NCBI GenBank assembly: GCA_038060295.1
Contig: JBBTHR010000034.1
Span: 1-53,825, forward strand
From: Candidatus Eiseniibacteriota bacterium
Lineage (GTDB): Bacteria > Eisenbacteria > RBG-16-71-46 > SZUA-252
Reading direction: 5' to 3'
DNA: 53,825 bases
The notes under the pieces are model-generated. The model was not told where the DNA came from. It searched no databases and saw only the letters and a list, made by a program, of their open reading frames with translations. Positions within the stretch are counted from its first letter, which is position 1. The number at the start of each line of letters is the position of its first letter. Positions 35,578 through 44,981 of this stretch are shown piece after piece. The translations under genes were made by a program, and so were the position numbers.

Positions 35578-37595
35578 CGACCGCCACCGCGAAAACCGCA
35601 CGGCCGCCCCGGAAGCTTACGTTTCTCGCCTCGGCCGACTGGCAGATGGCGCTCACCGCGGTCTGCGCGATCACGGGACTCGGCGGCGCCGCCGTCGGCC
35701 GTTGGGGGCCGGATCCCCTCTGGCGCATCCCCCTCTACGCCGTCTCGTATCTCTCCGGCGGCTGGGGGCCGACCCGCGAGCTGCTCGCGAACATCCTTCG
35801 CAAGCAGCTCGACATCAACCTCCTCATGATCGCGGCGGCGGCGGGCTCGGCCGCACTCGGGCACTGGGGCGAGGGCGCGGTCCTCCTCTTCCTCTTCTCG
35901 CTGAGCGGGACGCTCGAGCGCTACACGATGGAGCGGACGGCGCGCTCCATCGAATCGCTGATCGAGCTTCGCCCCGACACCGCCCTGGTCGTGCGCCATG
36001 GGCGCGAGGAACGGGTTCCGGTCGAATCGATCGGCGTCGGCGAACGGGTCCGCACGCTCCCCGGGGAGCGCTTCGCGGTGGACGGCACGATCGAGGAAGG
36101 CGAGACCGCGGCGGACGAATCGACGCTGACGGGCGAATCGGCCCCGGTCACGAAGCGCCCCGGCGACCGGGTCTTCGCGGGAACGGTGAACGTCCACGGC
36201 GCGCCGCTCGTGCGGGTCGAGAAGATGCCCGACGAGACCACGATCTCCAAGATCGTCCGAATGGTGCAGGAGGCGGGGCGCGCGAAGTCTACGTCGGAGC
36301 GCTTCGTGGAGCGTTGGCAGCGCCCGTACGTCATCGCGGTCTTCGCCGGCGCCGCGGTCGCGGCGCTCCTTCCTCTCCTCTTCCTCCACGCGAATTGGAA
36401 CGAGGCCTGGTACCGCGGACTCGTCCTCCTGGTGGCCGCCTCCCCCTGCGCGGTCGTCATCGCCTCCCCCGCGGCCATGCTCTCCGCCATCACGCACGCC
36501 GCGCATCACGGAGTGCTCTTCAAGGGGAGCATCCACCTGGAGCGGCTGGGCGAGGTGGGGGCCCTGGCGATCGACAAGACGGGGACCGTGACGGAGGGCA
36601 AGCCGCGCCTGACCGACATCCGCGTCGTGGAGGGGTCGGCGGACGAGAACGAACTTCTACTTCTTGCGGCGGCGATCGAGGCGCGAAGCGAGCATCACAC
36701 CGCGCGGGCCGTTCGTCAGGAGGCGGCGCGCCGGGGTCTGGCGCCTCCCTCGGTCACGGAGTTCGAGAGCCACAGCGGCGAGGGGGTTCACGGCCATACT
36801 CCCGACTACTGGGTCGGCGTCGGGCGCGAGCCGCTCTTCGCGCGTCATGGGGTGACGCTCTCCCCCGCGCTCCTCGCGGCCACGGCCGCGTTGCGGGCCG
36901 AGGGGCGGACCGCGCTCATCGTCGTGGTCCGGCGCCAAGGCAACGGCCCGAACGGCGTGCCGCGCAGCGCCGCCGGTTCCGGCCCCGACAGCACGCTCCC
37001 GGGGAACGAGGTCGCGGCGGGAATTCTGGGCGTGGCCGACGTGGTGCGGCCGCGTGCGCGCGCCGCGATCGCGGCCTGCCGGAAGCTTGGCGTCGGCCAC
37101 ATCGTCATGCTGACGGGCGACCATGCCTCGGTCGCCGCGGCGATCGGAACGGAAATCGGCGTGGATGAAGTCCGCGCCGGGCTCCTCCCCGATCAGAAGG
37201 TGGCGGCGATCCGCGAGTTGAAGGCCGTCTGGCCGACGCTGGCGATGGTCGGTGACGGGGTGAACGACGCCCCGGCGCTCGCCACGGCCACCGTGGGGAT
37301 CGCGATGGGAGGCGCCGGCACCGACGTGGCGCTGGAGACGGCCGACGTCGTGCTGATGCGGGACGACCTGAAGGGAATTCCGTTCTCGCTCTGGCTGGCC
37401 CGGCGCGCCCGGCGCGTCGTGACGCAGAGCCTCACGTTCTCCTTCTGCATGATCGGGCTGCTCGTGATCACGACCCTGCTCGGAATCCTTCCCCTCTGGC
37501 TGGCGGTCGTGGGACACGAGGGAAGTACGCTCCTCGTGATCGCGAACGGGGTGCGGCTCCTGGGCGAGCCGCACCCCGAATTCGATCTCGCCTAG
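35574..37595 (+). CDS. Heavy-metal P-type ATPase, P1B-4 subclass (Fe2+/Co2+/Zn2+ exporter type)
   Basis: [31 protein letters not shown]; no N-terminal metal-binding domain; GTG overlaps the acnA stop. Confidence 0.9.
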   Translation: MTTATAKTARPPRKLTFLASADWQMALTAVCAITGLGGAAVGRWGPDPLWRIPLYAVSYLSGGWGPTRELLANILRKQLDINLLMIAAAAGSAALGHWGEGAVLLFLFSLSGTLERYTMERTARSIESLIELRPDTALVVRHGREERVPVESIGVGERVRTLPGERFAVDGTIEEGETAADESTLTGESAPVTKRPGDRVFAGTVNVHGAPLVRVEKMPDETTISKIVRMVQEAGRAKSTSERFVERWQRPYVIAVFAGAAVAALLPLLFLHANWNEAWYRGLVLLVAASPCAVVIASPAAMLSAITHAAHHGVLFKGSIHLERLGEVGALAIDKTGTVTEGKPRLTDIRVVEGSADENELLLLAAAIEARSEHHTARAVRQEAARRGLAPPSVTEFESHSGEGVHGHTPDYWVGVGREPLFARHGVTLSPALLAATAALRAEGRTALIVVVRRQGNGPNGVPRSAAGSGPDSTLPGNEVAAGILGVADVVRPRARAAIAACRKLGVGHIVMLTGDHASVAAAIGTEIGVDEVRAGLLPDQKVAAIRELKAVWPTLAMVGDGVNDAPALATATVGIAMGGAGTDVALETADVVLMRDDLKGIPFSLWLARRARRVVTQSLTFSFCMIGLLVITTLLGILPLWLAVVGHEGSTLLVIANGVRLLGEPHPEFDLA

Positions 37596-37609
37596 CGGCT
37601 CCTCCCGCG

Positions 37610-38326
37610 CTAGCGCGCGTCCTTCCCCTCGGCGATTTCCAGGAGCCGCTCGCGCGACGGGAGAACGAAGCGCTTGTCCCCCGTGATCAGAACTCCCTCC
37701 CGTCCCCACCGCGATAGGATTCGGATCGCGGTTTCCACGGTGGTCCCGACCAGATCGGCCACCTCCTGGCGCGAGAGGGCGATCGGAATCTCGATGGCGC
37801 CCCCCTTCGCCGGCTTCCCCATCCGCTCCGCGAGGTTCAGAAAGAGTTGGGCGATCCGCACCTCGATTCGCTGTCCCCGCATCTCCTCGACCTTCCGAGC
37901 GAGGGAGAGGAAGAGCTTCGTCAGCTCGCGGATGATCGCGCGGGCGAACTCGGGATAGCGGTCGAGGAGCTCGAAGTAGTCGCGCCGCGGCAGCAACAGA
38001 AGCGTCGAGGGCTCCATGCAGACGGCGCTCGCGGGATAGGGAATGTAGTTGTAGACCGCGATGGCGCCGACCGGTTCGCCGGGACCGAAGAGTTCGAGAA
38101 TGACGTCGTTGCCTCCCGAGTGGCCGACGATCTTCACACGCCCTCGAACGATGGCGGTCAGGTTCTCGGCGGGATCGCCGGCGCGCCAGAGGTAATCGCC
38201 GCGCGCGTACTCCCGCAAGGTGGCGAGCGACGCGAGCCTCGACTGGTCTTCCTGCGATAGACCTTGAAACATCGGAATGGCGAGGACCGCCTGGAGCGTC
38301 CGATCGCTTCGAGTTTCCGTGGCCAC
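37610..38326 (-). CDS. Crp/Fnr family regulator (DNR/NnrR/HcpR-like, no Fe-S Cys cluster)
   Basis: cNMP-type sensor domain; HTH SRQEVADLVGTTVETAIRILS; only one Cys. Confidence 0.92.
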   Translation of the reverse strand: MATETRSDRTLQAVLAIPMFQGLSQEDQSRLASLATLREYARGDYLWRAGDPAENLTAIVRGRVKIVGHSGGNDVILELFGPGEPVGAIAVYNYIPYPASAVCMEPSTLLLLPRRDYFELLDRYPEFARAIIRELTKLFLSLARKVEEMRGQRIEVRIAQLFLNLAERMGKPAKGGAIEIPIALSRQEVADLVGTTVETAIRILSRWGREGVLITGDKRFVLPSRERLLEIAEGKDAR

Positions 38327-38349
38327 GCTCGTTCCGTCCTTGGCGGGAG

Positions 38350-38363
38350 ATGACGCCGATCAT
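38350..38363. promoter_or_regulatory. Putative Crp/Fnr operator 1 (ATGA-N6-TCAT)
   Basis: ATGACGCCGATCAT overlaps the -10 and predicted start site of the regulator's promoter. Confidence 0.6.
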
Positions 38364-38390
38364 GGTACGAAAGGCGTAACGGGGGTTCAA
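38362..38390 (-). promoter_or_regulatory. sigma70-type promoter of the Crp/Fnr gene
   Basis: Minus strand TTGAAC, 17-nt spacer, TACCAT. Confidence 0.6.
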
Positions 38391-38449
38391 CCCGATGACC
38401 TTCGCACAGATAGAGCCTTCGCGGAACCCTGGAAATTTCTGATCGTCCG

Positions 38450-38491
38450 ATGAGCCGCGTCATGCACCGACGGCGCCGGATCCCCGACACT
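38450..38491 (+). promoter_or_regulatory. Putative Crp/Fnr operator 2 and -10 of the nos operon (class II geometry)
   Basis: ATGAGCCGCGTCAT (38450-38463) and GACACT (38486-38491); box centre is -41.5 if +1 is 38498. Confidence 0.6.
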
Positions 38492-38499
38492 TCCTCGTG

Positions 38500-39066
38500 A
38501 TGGCACCGCGACCGCCAAAGAAGGTGATGAACGAGCCCCGGCTCTTCCAGCAATTGCGACGGGATCATGCCCGCGTGCTGGAGGCGATCGGGGCGCTCGA
38601 AGCGTCGCTCTTCAAGCCCGGCCGCGCCAAGAGCGCGGCGGCGACCGCGGAGGGTTCCCTCCCCGCGCTCGTGGTCCTTCTGAAGGCGCAGTTCGATTCC
38701 CACATGGCGGCCGAGGAAGAAGTTCTCTACCCGGCGCTCCTCGGAGCCATCCCCGCCGCGAGCGGGAGCATCGAACCGCTTTTCTCGGAGCACGCGGAAC
38801 TCCGCCAGATGCTCGCGCGGCTGGAGGCGACGCTGGACGAGCCGGCGACGGCCGAGCGGAGCGAGCAGATCCGGGTCCAGGTGCACGACCTGGCCGACCT
38901 CCTCCGCCTCCACATTCGAAAGGAAGAATCCCTGGTCTTCAGGCTGGCCCCTCAGTTGCTGGCCCCCGGCGAGATCGCGGCCGTCTCGGCCCGCCTCTCC
39001 CACCGGCGTGAGACCACGCCCGTCACTCGCCGGACGGCGAGGCGACCGAAAGGAGACGCTTCATGA
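38500..39066 (+). CDS. Hemerythrin-domain protein
   Basis: DHARV, HMAAEEEVLYP, EHAEL, HIRKEESLVF (H-HxxxE-H-HxxxE). Start 38497, 38500 or 38527. Confidence 0.88.
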   Translation: MAPRPPKKVMNEPRLFQQLRRDHARVLEAIGALEASLFKPGRAKSAAATAEGSLPALVVLLKAQFDSHMAAEEEVLYPALLGAIPAASGSIEPLFSEHAELRQMLARLEATLDEPATAERSEQIRVQVHDLADLLRLHIRKEESLVFRLAPQLLAPGEIAAVSARLSHRRETTPVTRRTARRPKGDAS

Positions 39067-39539
39067 TTCGTCGCATTCTCGTGTCCCTGGTGCTGCTGCT
39101 CGCGACCGTCCTTCCGCTCAGTGGTTGCGGCGGCGGAGGCGCCAAGGATCAGGCCGCGACCACACCCTCCGAGAAGTCGCCGCTCGACGTTGGGCCCCGC
39201 GCGGGTGATTCGCCGGTGGCGGCGGCGCTGGCGATCAAGGGCGAGGCGCTCTTCAAGGCCAAGGGATGCACCGCCTGTCACGCGTACGGAAAGCGCCTCA
39301 CCGGCCCCGACCTGAAGGGAGTGACGCGGCGCCGCACCGCGCAGTGGATGGAATCCCAGATTCTCCACCCCGAGGTGATGATCAAGCAGGATCCGATCGC
39401 GCGCGCGCTGTTCGCCGAATACAACCTTCAAATGGCGAATCAGGGACTCGTGCCCGACGAAGCGAAGTCGGTCATCGAGTACTTCAAGAAGCTCGACGAC
39501 GAGGCGGAAGCGAAGGGCGAACTCACGGCCCAGAAGTGA
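39063..39539 (+). CDS. Monohaem cytochrome c lipoprotein
   Basis: Lipobox LSGC, CTACH, TGPDL, distal Met in YNLQMANQ. Confidence 0.92.
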   Translation: MIRRILVSLVLLLATVLPLSGCGGGGAKDQAATTPSEKSPLDVGPRAGDSPVAAALAIKGEALFKAKGCTACHAYGKRLTGPDLKGVTRRRTAQWMESQILHPEVMIKQDPIARALFAEYNLQMANQGLVPDEAKSVIEYFKKLDDEAEAKGELTAQK

Positions 39540-39565
39540 CTCCACCCAGAATAGGAGACCATTCC

Positions 39566-41461
39566 ATGAAACGTGCGATTTCCCTCTTGTTCGTCGCGGC
39601 CCTTCTGATCGGGCTGGCGTCCCAGTTCTCCGGATGCGCCGGCGCGAAGGGAGGCGACGCGGCGGCCAAGACCTACGTGAAGCCGGGCGAATACGACAAG
39701 TACTACGCCTTCTTCTCGGGCGGGCACTCCGGCCAGGTCTACGTCTACGGCATCCCTTCCTGTCGTTACCTCACCACGATCCCGGTCTTCACACCGGAGC
39801 CGGCCAAGGGCTACGGATACGACGAGGAGACCAAGGCCCGTCTCGGCGGCCTGACCTGGGGCGACGCGCACCATCCGGGCCTCTCCGAGACCGATGGCGA
39901 TTACGACGGTCGGTGGCTCTTCATCAACGACATGCCGAACGCCCGCATCGCGCGCATCAGCCTCTCGAGCTTCACGACGGAGGAGATCTTCGGTCCGATT
40001 CCGAATCTCTCCGCCGCCCACGCGTGCCCCTTCCCAACACCGAACACGGAATACGTCTTCGCGGCCTCCCGCTTCTCCCTGCCGGTCCCGCGCGACAAGT
40101 TCAGCAAGGTCGAGGACTACGCCAAGAACTTCAACGGCATCATCGCGGGCGTGAAGGTTAGCCCGGAAGGCCACATGTCGCTCGGCTTCGAAATCCTGAC
40201 GCCTCCCTTCGACTGGGATCTGGCCGACGCCGGCAAGGGCCCCAGCCACGGCTGGGAGTTCTTCAGCTGCTACAACAGCGAGATGGCGTTCGACTCGCTG
40301 GAGATCAAGGCGTCCCAGAACGAGATGGACTTCGTCGCGGCCGTCGACTGGCGCGCGGCGCAGAAGGCCGTGGACGAGGGGAAGGGCGACATCATCGGCG
40401 GCGTCCCCGTGCTCGATCCGAACAAGGTCAAGGGAATCATCTACCTGATCCCGACGCCCAAGAGCCCGCACGGCGTCGACGTGAACCCGACCGGCGAGTA
40501 CATCTGCGCCAGCGGCAAGCTCCAGGCCGAGGTCTCCATCTTCTCGTACAAGAAGATGATCGAGGCCATCGCGGCCGGGAAGTTCGACGGCGAGAAGGGC
40601 GGCATCCCGGTCCTCAAGTACGAGGACGTGCTGGAGGCGAAGGTGCCGGTCGGACTCGGCCCGCTCCACACGCAGTTCGACGACAAGGGCTATGCCTACA
40701 CCTCGCTCTTCCTCGACTCGCAGATCGTTAAGTGGAAGGTCGGGCCACCGTGGAACGTCGCCGACAAGGTCGACATTTTCTACTCGGTCGGCCACCTGAT
40801 GACCTCCGAAGGCGACACGCGCCACCCGACGGGCGAGTACCTCGTTTCCCTCAACAAGATCGCGAAGGACCGTTACCTGCCGCTGGGGCCGTCGCACCCG
40901 GAGGCGACCCAGCTCATCGACCTGAAGAGTCCCAAGATGGAAGTGCTGTATGATTTCCCCACGTATCCCGAGCCGCACTACGCACAGATGATCCGCGCGG
41001 AGAAGTTGAAGCCGCTGAAGATCTACTCGCTGGCCGAGAACAAGAACCCGTGGAAGATCATGACCGCCGAGGAGGCGCGCGTGGAGCGGAAGGGGAAACG
41101 GGTCGACGTCTACATGCTGACGATCCGCACGCACTTCACGCCCGACATCGTCCGCGTCGCCCAGGGCGACACGGTCTACTTCCACGTGACGAACCTGGAA
41201 CAGGATCAGGACATCACCCACGGCTTCGGCATCACCTTCTCGAGCAAGAACACGCAGGTGGACCCCGGCGAGACGAAGACGATCCGCTGGGTGGCCGAGA
41301 AGGTCGGGGTGAATCCCTTCTACTGCTCGAATTTCTGCAGTGCGCTGCATCAGGAGATGCAGGGCTATATCCAGGTCAATCCCGCCGGCACGCGGATCGC
41401 CTCGATCCAGCGGCCGGATCCGAAGAAACTGGAAGAAGTCATCGCCCTGCTGAAGAAATAG
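39566..41461 (+). CDS. nosZ: Sec-dependent (clade II) nitrous-oxide reductase
   Basis: No twin-Arg signal; SGGHSGQ; CuZ His motifs DAHHP, AAHA, SPHG, GPLHT, VGHL, EPHY; CuA HGF...FYCSNFCSALHQEM; SD AGGAG. Confidence 0.97.
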   Translation: MKRAISLLFVAALLIGLASQFSGCAGAKGGDAAAKTYVKPGEYDKYYAFFSGGHSGQVYVYGIPSCRYLTTIPVFTPEPAKGYGYDEETKARLGGLTWGDAHHPGLSETDGDYDGRWLFINDMPNARIARISLSSFTTEEIFGPIPNLSAAHACPFPTPNTEYVFAASRFSLPVPRDKFSKVEDYAKNFNGIIAGVKVSPEGHMSLGFEILTPPFDWDLADAGKGPSHGWEFFSCYNSEMAFDSLEIKASQNEMDFVAAVDWRAAQKAVDEGKGDIIGGVPVLDPNKVKGIIYLIPTPKSPHGVDVNPTGEYICASGKLQAEVSIFSYKKMIEAIAAGKFDGEKGGIPVLKYEDVLEAKVPVGLGPLHTQFDDKGYAYTSLFLDSQIVKWKVGPPWNVADKVDIFYSVGHLMTSEGDTRHPTGEYLVSLNKIAKDRYLPLGPSHPEATQLIDLKSPKMEVLYDFPTYPEPHYAQMIRAEKLKPLKIYSLAENKNPWKIMTAEEARVERKGKRVDVYMLTIRTHFTPDIVRVAQGDTVYFHVTNLEQDQDITHGFGITFSSKNTQVDPGETKTIRWVAEKVGVNPFYCSNFCSALHQEMQGYIQVNPAGTRIASIQRPDPKKLEEVIALLKK

Positions 41462-41479
41462 CGACGAACGCGGAATCGA

Positions 41480-41507
41480 GGGGGCGGAGCGGAGCGCTCC
41501 GCCCCTC
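41480..41507 (+). terminator. Intercistronic stem-loop after nosZ
   Basis: GGGGCGGAGC (41481-41490) pairs with GCTCCGCCCC (41496-41505); weak U-tract. Confidence 0.6.
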
Positions 41508-41540
41508 TTGGTTCCCGACTCGAATCAAAGGAGTCTCCCG

Positions 41541-42149
41541 GTGGGCTATCTAGGCGGTGCGTTTTCGACGGCGGAGCGGCGACTGATCGTCCTGGCGGCG
41601 CTGGTGCTCCTCCCCGTCTTCTTCCTCCCGGTGCTTCCGGTCTGGCACATGAAGCTCTGGGCGCCGCAGTACCGCGAGGGGCTCACGCTTTCGATCTACA
41701 CCAACACGATTCGGGGCGATCTCGTCAAGATCAACACCTTGAACCACTACGTCGGAATGAAGGCGATCACGGCGTCCGACTTCCGGGAATTCACCTACCT
41801 CCCGCAGGCCCTCACGGGGCTCGGAGTTTGCGCCCTTCTGGCGGCGCTCCTGAATCGCCGCTGGCTGGCGATCCTCGGGTGGCTCGTCTTCACCGGCTTC
41901 GCGGTCGTCATGTTCGCCGACTATGCCCAGTGGCTTTATAGCTACGGCCACGATCTCAATCCCCGCGCCGCCATCAAGCTGCCGACCTTTACGCCGCCGT
42001 TCATCGGGTACGCCAAGATGGCCAACTTCAAGGTCCTGAGTTTCCCCGGGATGGGAACGGTCCTGCTCGGCCTCGCCTGGGCCCTCGGTCCGATCGTCGT
42101 CTTGCTGGAGCGGCGCGCCGCGCGCCGGAAGGCTGCCGCGGCGTCGTGA
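41541..42149 (+). CDS. nosB: Clade II nos-associated membrane protein (NosB-like)
   Basis: WHMKLWAPQYREGL, GDLVKINTLNHYVGM, YGHDLNP; four hydrophobic segments; directly after nosZ. Confidence 0.8.
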   Translation: MGYLGGAFSTAERRLIVLAALVLLPVFFLPVLPVWHMKLWAPQYREGLTLSIYTNTIRGDLVKINTLNHYVGMKAITASDFREFTYLPQALTGLGVCALLAALLNRRWLAILGWLVFTGFAVVMFADYAQWLYSYGHDLNPRAAIKLPTFTPPFIGYAKMANFKVLSFPGMGTVLLGLAWALGPIVVLLERRAARRKAAAAS

Positions 42150-43585
42150 TCCGCTCGTGGAGTCGGAGCGCCACCGCCCGAGCCGCGGTCTTCCTCGGAC
42201 TCTTTCTCTCTCTCCCCCTCGCGCTTCCCGCCCCTTCCCCGTCCTGGGCCGCGACGATCCGCGTTCCTCCCCGCGGGGGCGCGCTCGCGGATGCCTGCGC
42301 GGCGGCCGCCTCCGGGGACACGCTGATCGTGTCGTCCGGCGTCCATGCGGGAGGCGCCGTGATCACGCGACCGCTGACTCTGCGCGGCGAACCGGGCGCG
42401 ATCGTGGAAGGGACCGGGAGCGGCTCGGTCCTCTTCCTGACCGGCTCCCTGATCCGCATCGAGAGCCTCGCGATTCGCCGGAGCGGAAACCAGCCGCTCA
42501 CGATCGACGCGGGAATTTTCGTGAAGGGCGGTTCCCGCGTGCGGATCTCGGACGTGCGGATGAGCGACGTTCTCTACGGCGTGGCGGCCGAACGGGCCGA
42601 GTCGCTGGTCGTCGAGCGGTGCGTGCTGCGCGGCCGGGCTTCCGCCGGCGGCGGCGTGGAGCACTCCATGGACGCCTCGAACGGAAACGGCATCCACCTC
42701 TGGTACTGCCACGACGCCGCCATCCGCGACTCCCGTATCACCCACTTCGTCGACGGCGTCTATCTCGCCTTCGCGTTCGGAACCGAGATTCGCGGGAATC
42801 TCCTCTGGGAGAACGGGCGCTACGGTCTCCACACGATGTACTGCCAGAACAACCGGCTGGTGGAGAACCGCTTCACGCGGAACATCGCCGGCTGCGCCAT
42901 CATGTTCTCGAACCACCTGGTGGTGGAGCGGAACGACTTCGTCCACAACCGCGGCTCGCGCACCTACGGGCTCTTGCTGAAGGACTGCTCGGACGGTCGC
43001 TTCACGCACAACCGGCTCGTCGACAATACGGTCGCGATCTTCATGGATGGATCGAACCGAAATCACGTCTCGGAGAATCTGGTGCAGGACAACGGGTGGG
43101 GCATCCTCCTCTTCTCCTCCTGCGCGGGGAACGAATTCGCCGGAAACAACTTCTGGAACAACGACTATCCCGTGGCGCTGGACATGCGCTACAGCGACAA
43201 CCGCTTCGACGACGGCGCCCGGGGCAACTACTGGAGCGAGAACGCGCCCTACGACCTCGACGCGAACGGGGTGAGCGACGTCGCCTTCTCGCCCGTCAGC
43301 GCGTTCGCCTTCCTCTCGAAGCAGTATCCCGATCTCGCGATCCTCGGCCGGAGTCCCGCGGCCACGGCCCTGAGCGTCGCCGAGCGGACGATCCCCGCGC
43401 TTCGTCCGAGCGAGATCGTGGACCGCTATCCGCTGGTCTCCCCCGCCTCGATGGTCCCTCCCGCTCCGGCACCGGAACCGCCGGCGCGCTCCGCGAACGG
43501 AACCCGCGCCATGGCCGGCGCCGGCTTCCTCCTGGTCGCGGCGACAGGATTGGCCGGCCTCTTCGTGAGGGGGCGGAGGCGATGA
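42146..43585 (+). CDS. nosD: NosD copper-binding beta-helix maturation protein with C-terminal membrane anchor
   Basis: GNGIHLW, RYGLHTMY...AIM (His/Met/Met site), GNYWS...YDLDANGVSD. Confidence 0.93.
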   Translation: MIRSWSRSATARAAVFLGLFLSLPLALPAPSPSWAATIRVPPRGGALADACAAAASGDTLIVSSGVHAGGAVITRPLTLRGEPGAIVEGTGSGSVLFLTGSLIRIESLAIRRSGNQPLTIDAGIFVKGGSRVRISDVRMSDVLYGVAAERAESLVVERCVLRGRASAGGGVEHSMDASNGNGIHLWYCHDAAIRDSRITHFVDGVYLAFAFGTEIRGNLLWENGRYGLHTMYCQNNRLVENRFTRNIAGCAIMFSNHLVVERNDFVHNRGSRTYGLLLKDCSDGRFTHNRLVDNTVAIFMDGSNRNHVSENLVQDNGWGILLFSSCAGNEFAGNNFWNNDYPVALDMRYSDNRFDDGARGNYWSENAPYDLDANGVSDVAFSPVSAFAFLSKQYPDLAILGRSPAATALSVAERTIPALRPSEIVDRYPLVSPASMVPPAPAPEPPARSANGTRAMAGAGFLLVAATGLAGLFVRGRRR

Positions 43586-44490
43586 TCCGCGTCGACGCGG
43601 TCACCAAGCGCTATGGATCGATCGTCGCGGTCGACGGCCTCTCCTTCGAGGTTGCCCCGGGCGAGACCTTCGCGGTGATCGGCCCGAACGGGGCGGGCAA
43701 GACGACGACGCTGAAGATGATCCTCGGGCTGGCGCGCCCCGACACCGGGCGGATCGCCCTCGGGCCGGAGGGGCTCCCCCCTCACGATCCGCGCGCCCGC
43801 GAGCGGCTCGGCTACGTTCCGCAGCGGGTGGAGTTTCCCCCCGCGCGGACCGCGGCCGAGATCCTCGCCTACTTCGCCGCGCTCCGCGGACTCCCCGCCG
43901 ACGCCGCGCCGCGCGCGCTCGCCCGGGTCGGCCTGGCCGACGTCGCCGGCCGGCGGGCCAGCGATCTCTCGGGCGGCTACGCGCAGCGGCTTTCCCTGGC
44001 GCAGGCGCTTCTGGGCGATCCCTCGCTCCTGGTTCTCGACGAGCCGACCGCCAGCCTCGATCCCGAGGCGACATGGGAGTTCCGGTCGCTCGTGGAACAG
44101 CTCCGGCGCGAGGGAACGACCATCCTCCTCTGCTCCCACCTCCTCGCCGAGGTGGAGCGCGTGGCCGACCGGGTCCTGATCCTGCTCCATGGACGGCGCG
44201 CGGCGCTCGAGTCGCTGGGCGCGCTCCGCGAGCGGCAGGTGAACGCGACGCGCCTGGTCATCGAACTCCGCGACGAGGCGGGCGCGGCGCGAGCGCGGCT
44301 GGAGCAGGCCGGATTCCCCTGCGACACACTCGATTCGCGCCGGCTCGTGATCGACGGTGCCGAGGGACGCGGGCTGGCCGCGCTCGATCTTCTGCGCGAC
44401 GGCGGCGTGGCGATCCGGTCGTTCGAGCTCTCGCGACCCACGCTCGAGGAACTCTTCCTCGCGGTGGTGCGCGGGGAGACGACCCCATGA
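43582..44490 (+). CDS. nosF: ABC ATPase NosF
   Basis: GPNGAGKTT, LSGG, LDEPT, SHLL; ATGA overlap with nosD. Confidence 0.92.
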   Translation: MIRVDAVTKRYGSIVAVDGLSFEVAPGETFAVIGPNGAGKTTTLKMILGLARPDTGRIALGPEGLPPHDPRARERLGYVPQRVEFPPARTAAEILAYFAALRGLPADAAPRALARVGLADVAGRRASDLSGGYAQRLSLAQALLGDPSLLVLDEPTASLDPEATWEFRSLVEQLRREGTTILLCSHLLAEVERVADRVLILLHGRRAALESLGALRERQVNATRLVIELRDEAGAARARLEQAGFPCDTLDSRRLVIDGAEGRGLAALDLLRDGGVAIRSFELSRPTLEELFLAVVRGETTP

Positions 44491-44981
44491 CGACGGCGGG
44501 GACGCGACGCCGCACTGCCCTCGTTCTTCCCTTCCTGCTGCTCGCGGCCGGTTGCGGCACGCGGGGCGGCGCGCCGCGCCTCGCCCTCGGAACTCCCTGC
44601 GCGACCTGCGGCATGGAGGTGCGCGACGCGCGGTACGCCGGCGCGAGCGTGGAGGGCCGGTCGATTCGTCCCTACGACTCGATCGAGTGCGCCCTTCGCG
44701 ATCTGTCCACAGCGCGCTCCGCGGCCGCGGCGCCCCCCGAGGGTACCCCGGCTCCGGACCCGATGACGCGGATCCGATCGCTCTACCTGGCCGACTACGC
44801 CACCGGCGCGCTCCATCGCTCCGACTCGCTCTGGATCGTGCACGCCGACATCGCCTCCCCGATGGCTGGGGGGCTGGCGGCGTTCCTCGACCGCGCGGAG
44901 GCCGCGCGGATCGCCGAGACGCGGGGGGGCCGCGTCATGCCGATCGATTCGCTCCTCCCCGCTCCGGAGGCGATGCCATGA
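44487..44981 (+). CDS. nosL: NosL copper chaperone lipoprotein
   Basis: Lipobox LAAGC, CATCGM, YDSIEC, SPMAGGLAAF. Confidence 0.9.
   Translation: MTTAGTRRRTALVLPFLLLAAGCGTRGGAPRLALGTPCATCGMEVRDARYAGASVEGRSIRPYDSIECALRDLSTARSAAAAPPEGTPAPDPMTRIRSLYLADYATGALHRSDSLWIVHADIASPMAGGLAAFLDRAEAARIAETRGGRVMPIDSLLPAPEAMP

Noticed and set aside
32680-35601. 973-aa minus-strand ORF opposite acnA, and similar ORFs opposite nosZ and the M48 gene
   Set aside because: Same antisense-shadow artefact; the plus-strand genes have unambiguous motifs.
35574-37595. ATPase as a copper pump for NosZ maturation
   Set aside because: SPC and HEGST motifs indicate P1B-4; the CPC, YN and MxxSS copper signatures are absent.
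37610-38326. Calling the regulator a true O2-sensing FNR
   Set aside because: No Cys cluster for an Fe-S centre; only one Cys in the protein.
42157-43581. Apparent 777-aa NosF, and extended ORFs for nosZ, nosL, ldcA, alkA, the cargo and the GT-C protein
   Set aside because: Extensions are Arg/Pro-rich off-frame readings of neighbouring genes; true starts coincide with overlaps, SDs or -10 elements, so no fusions or frameshifts are implied.
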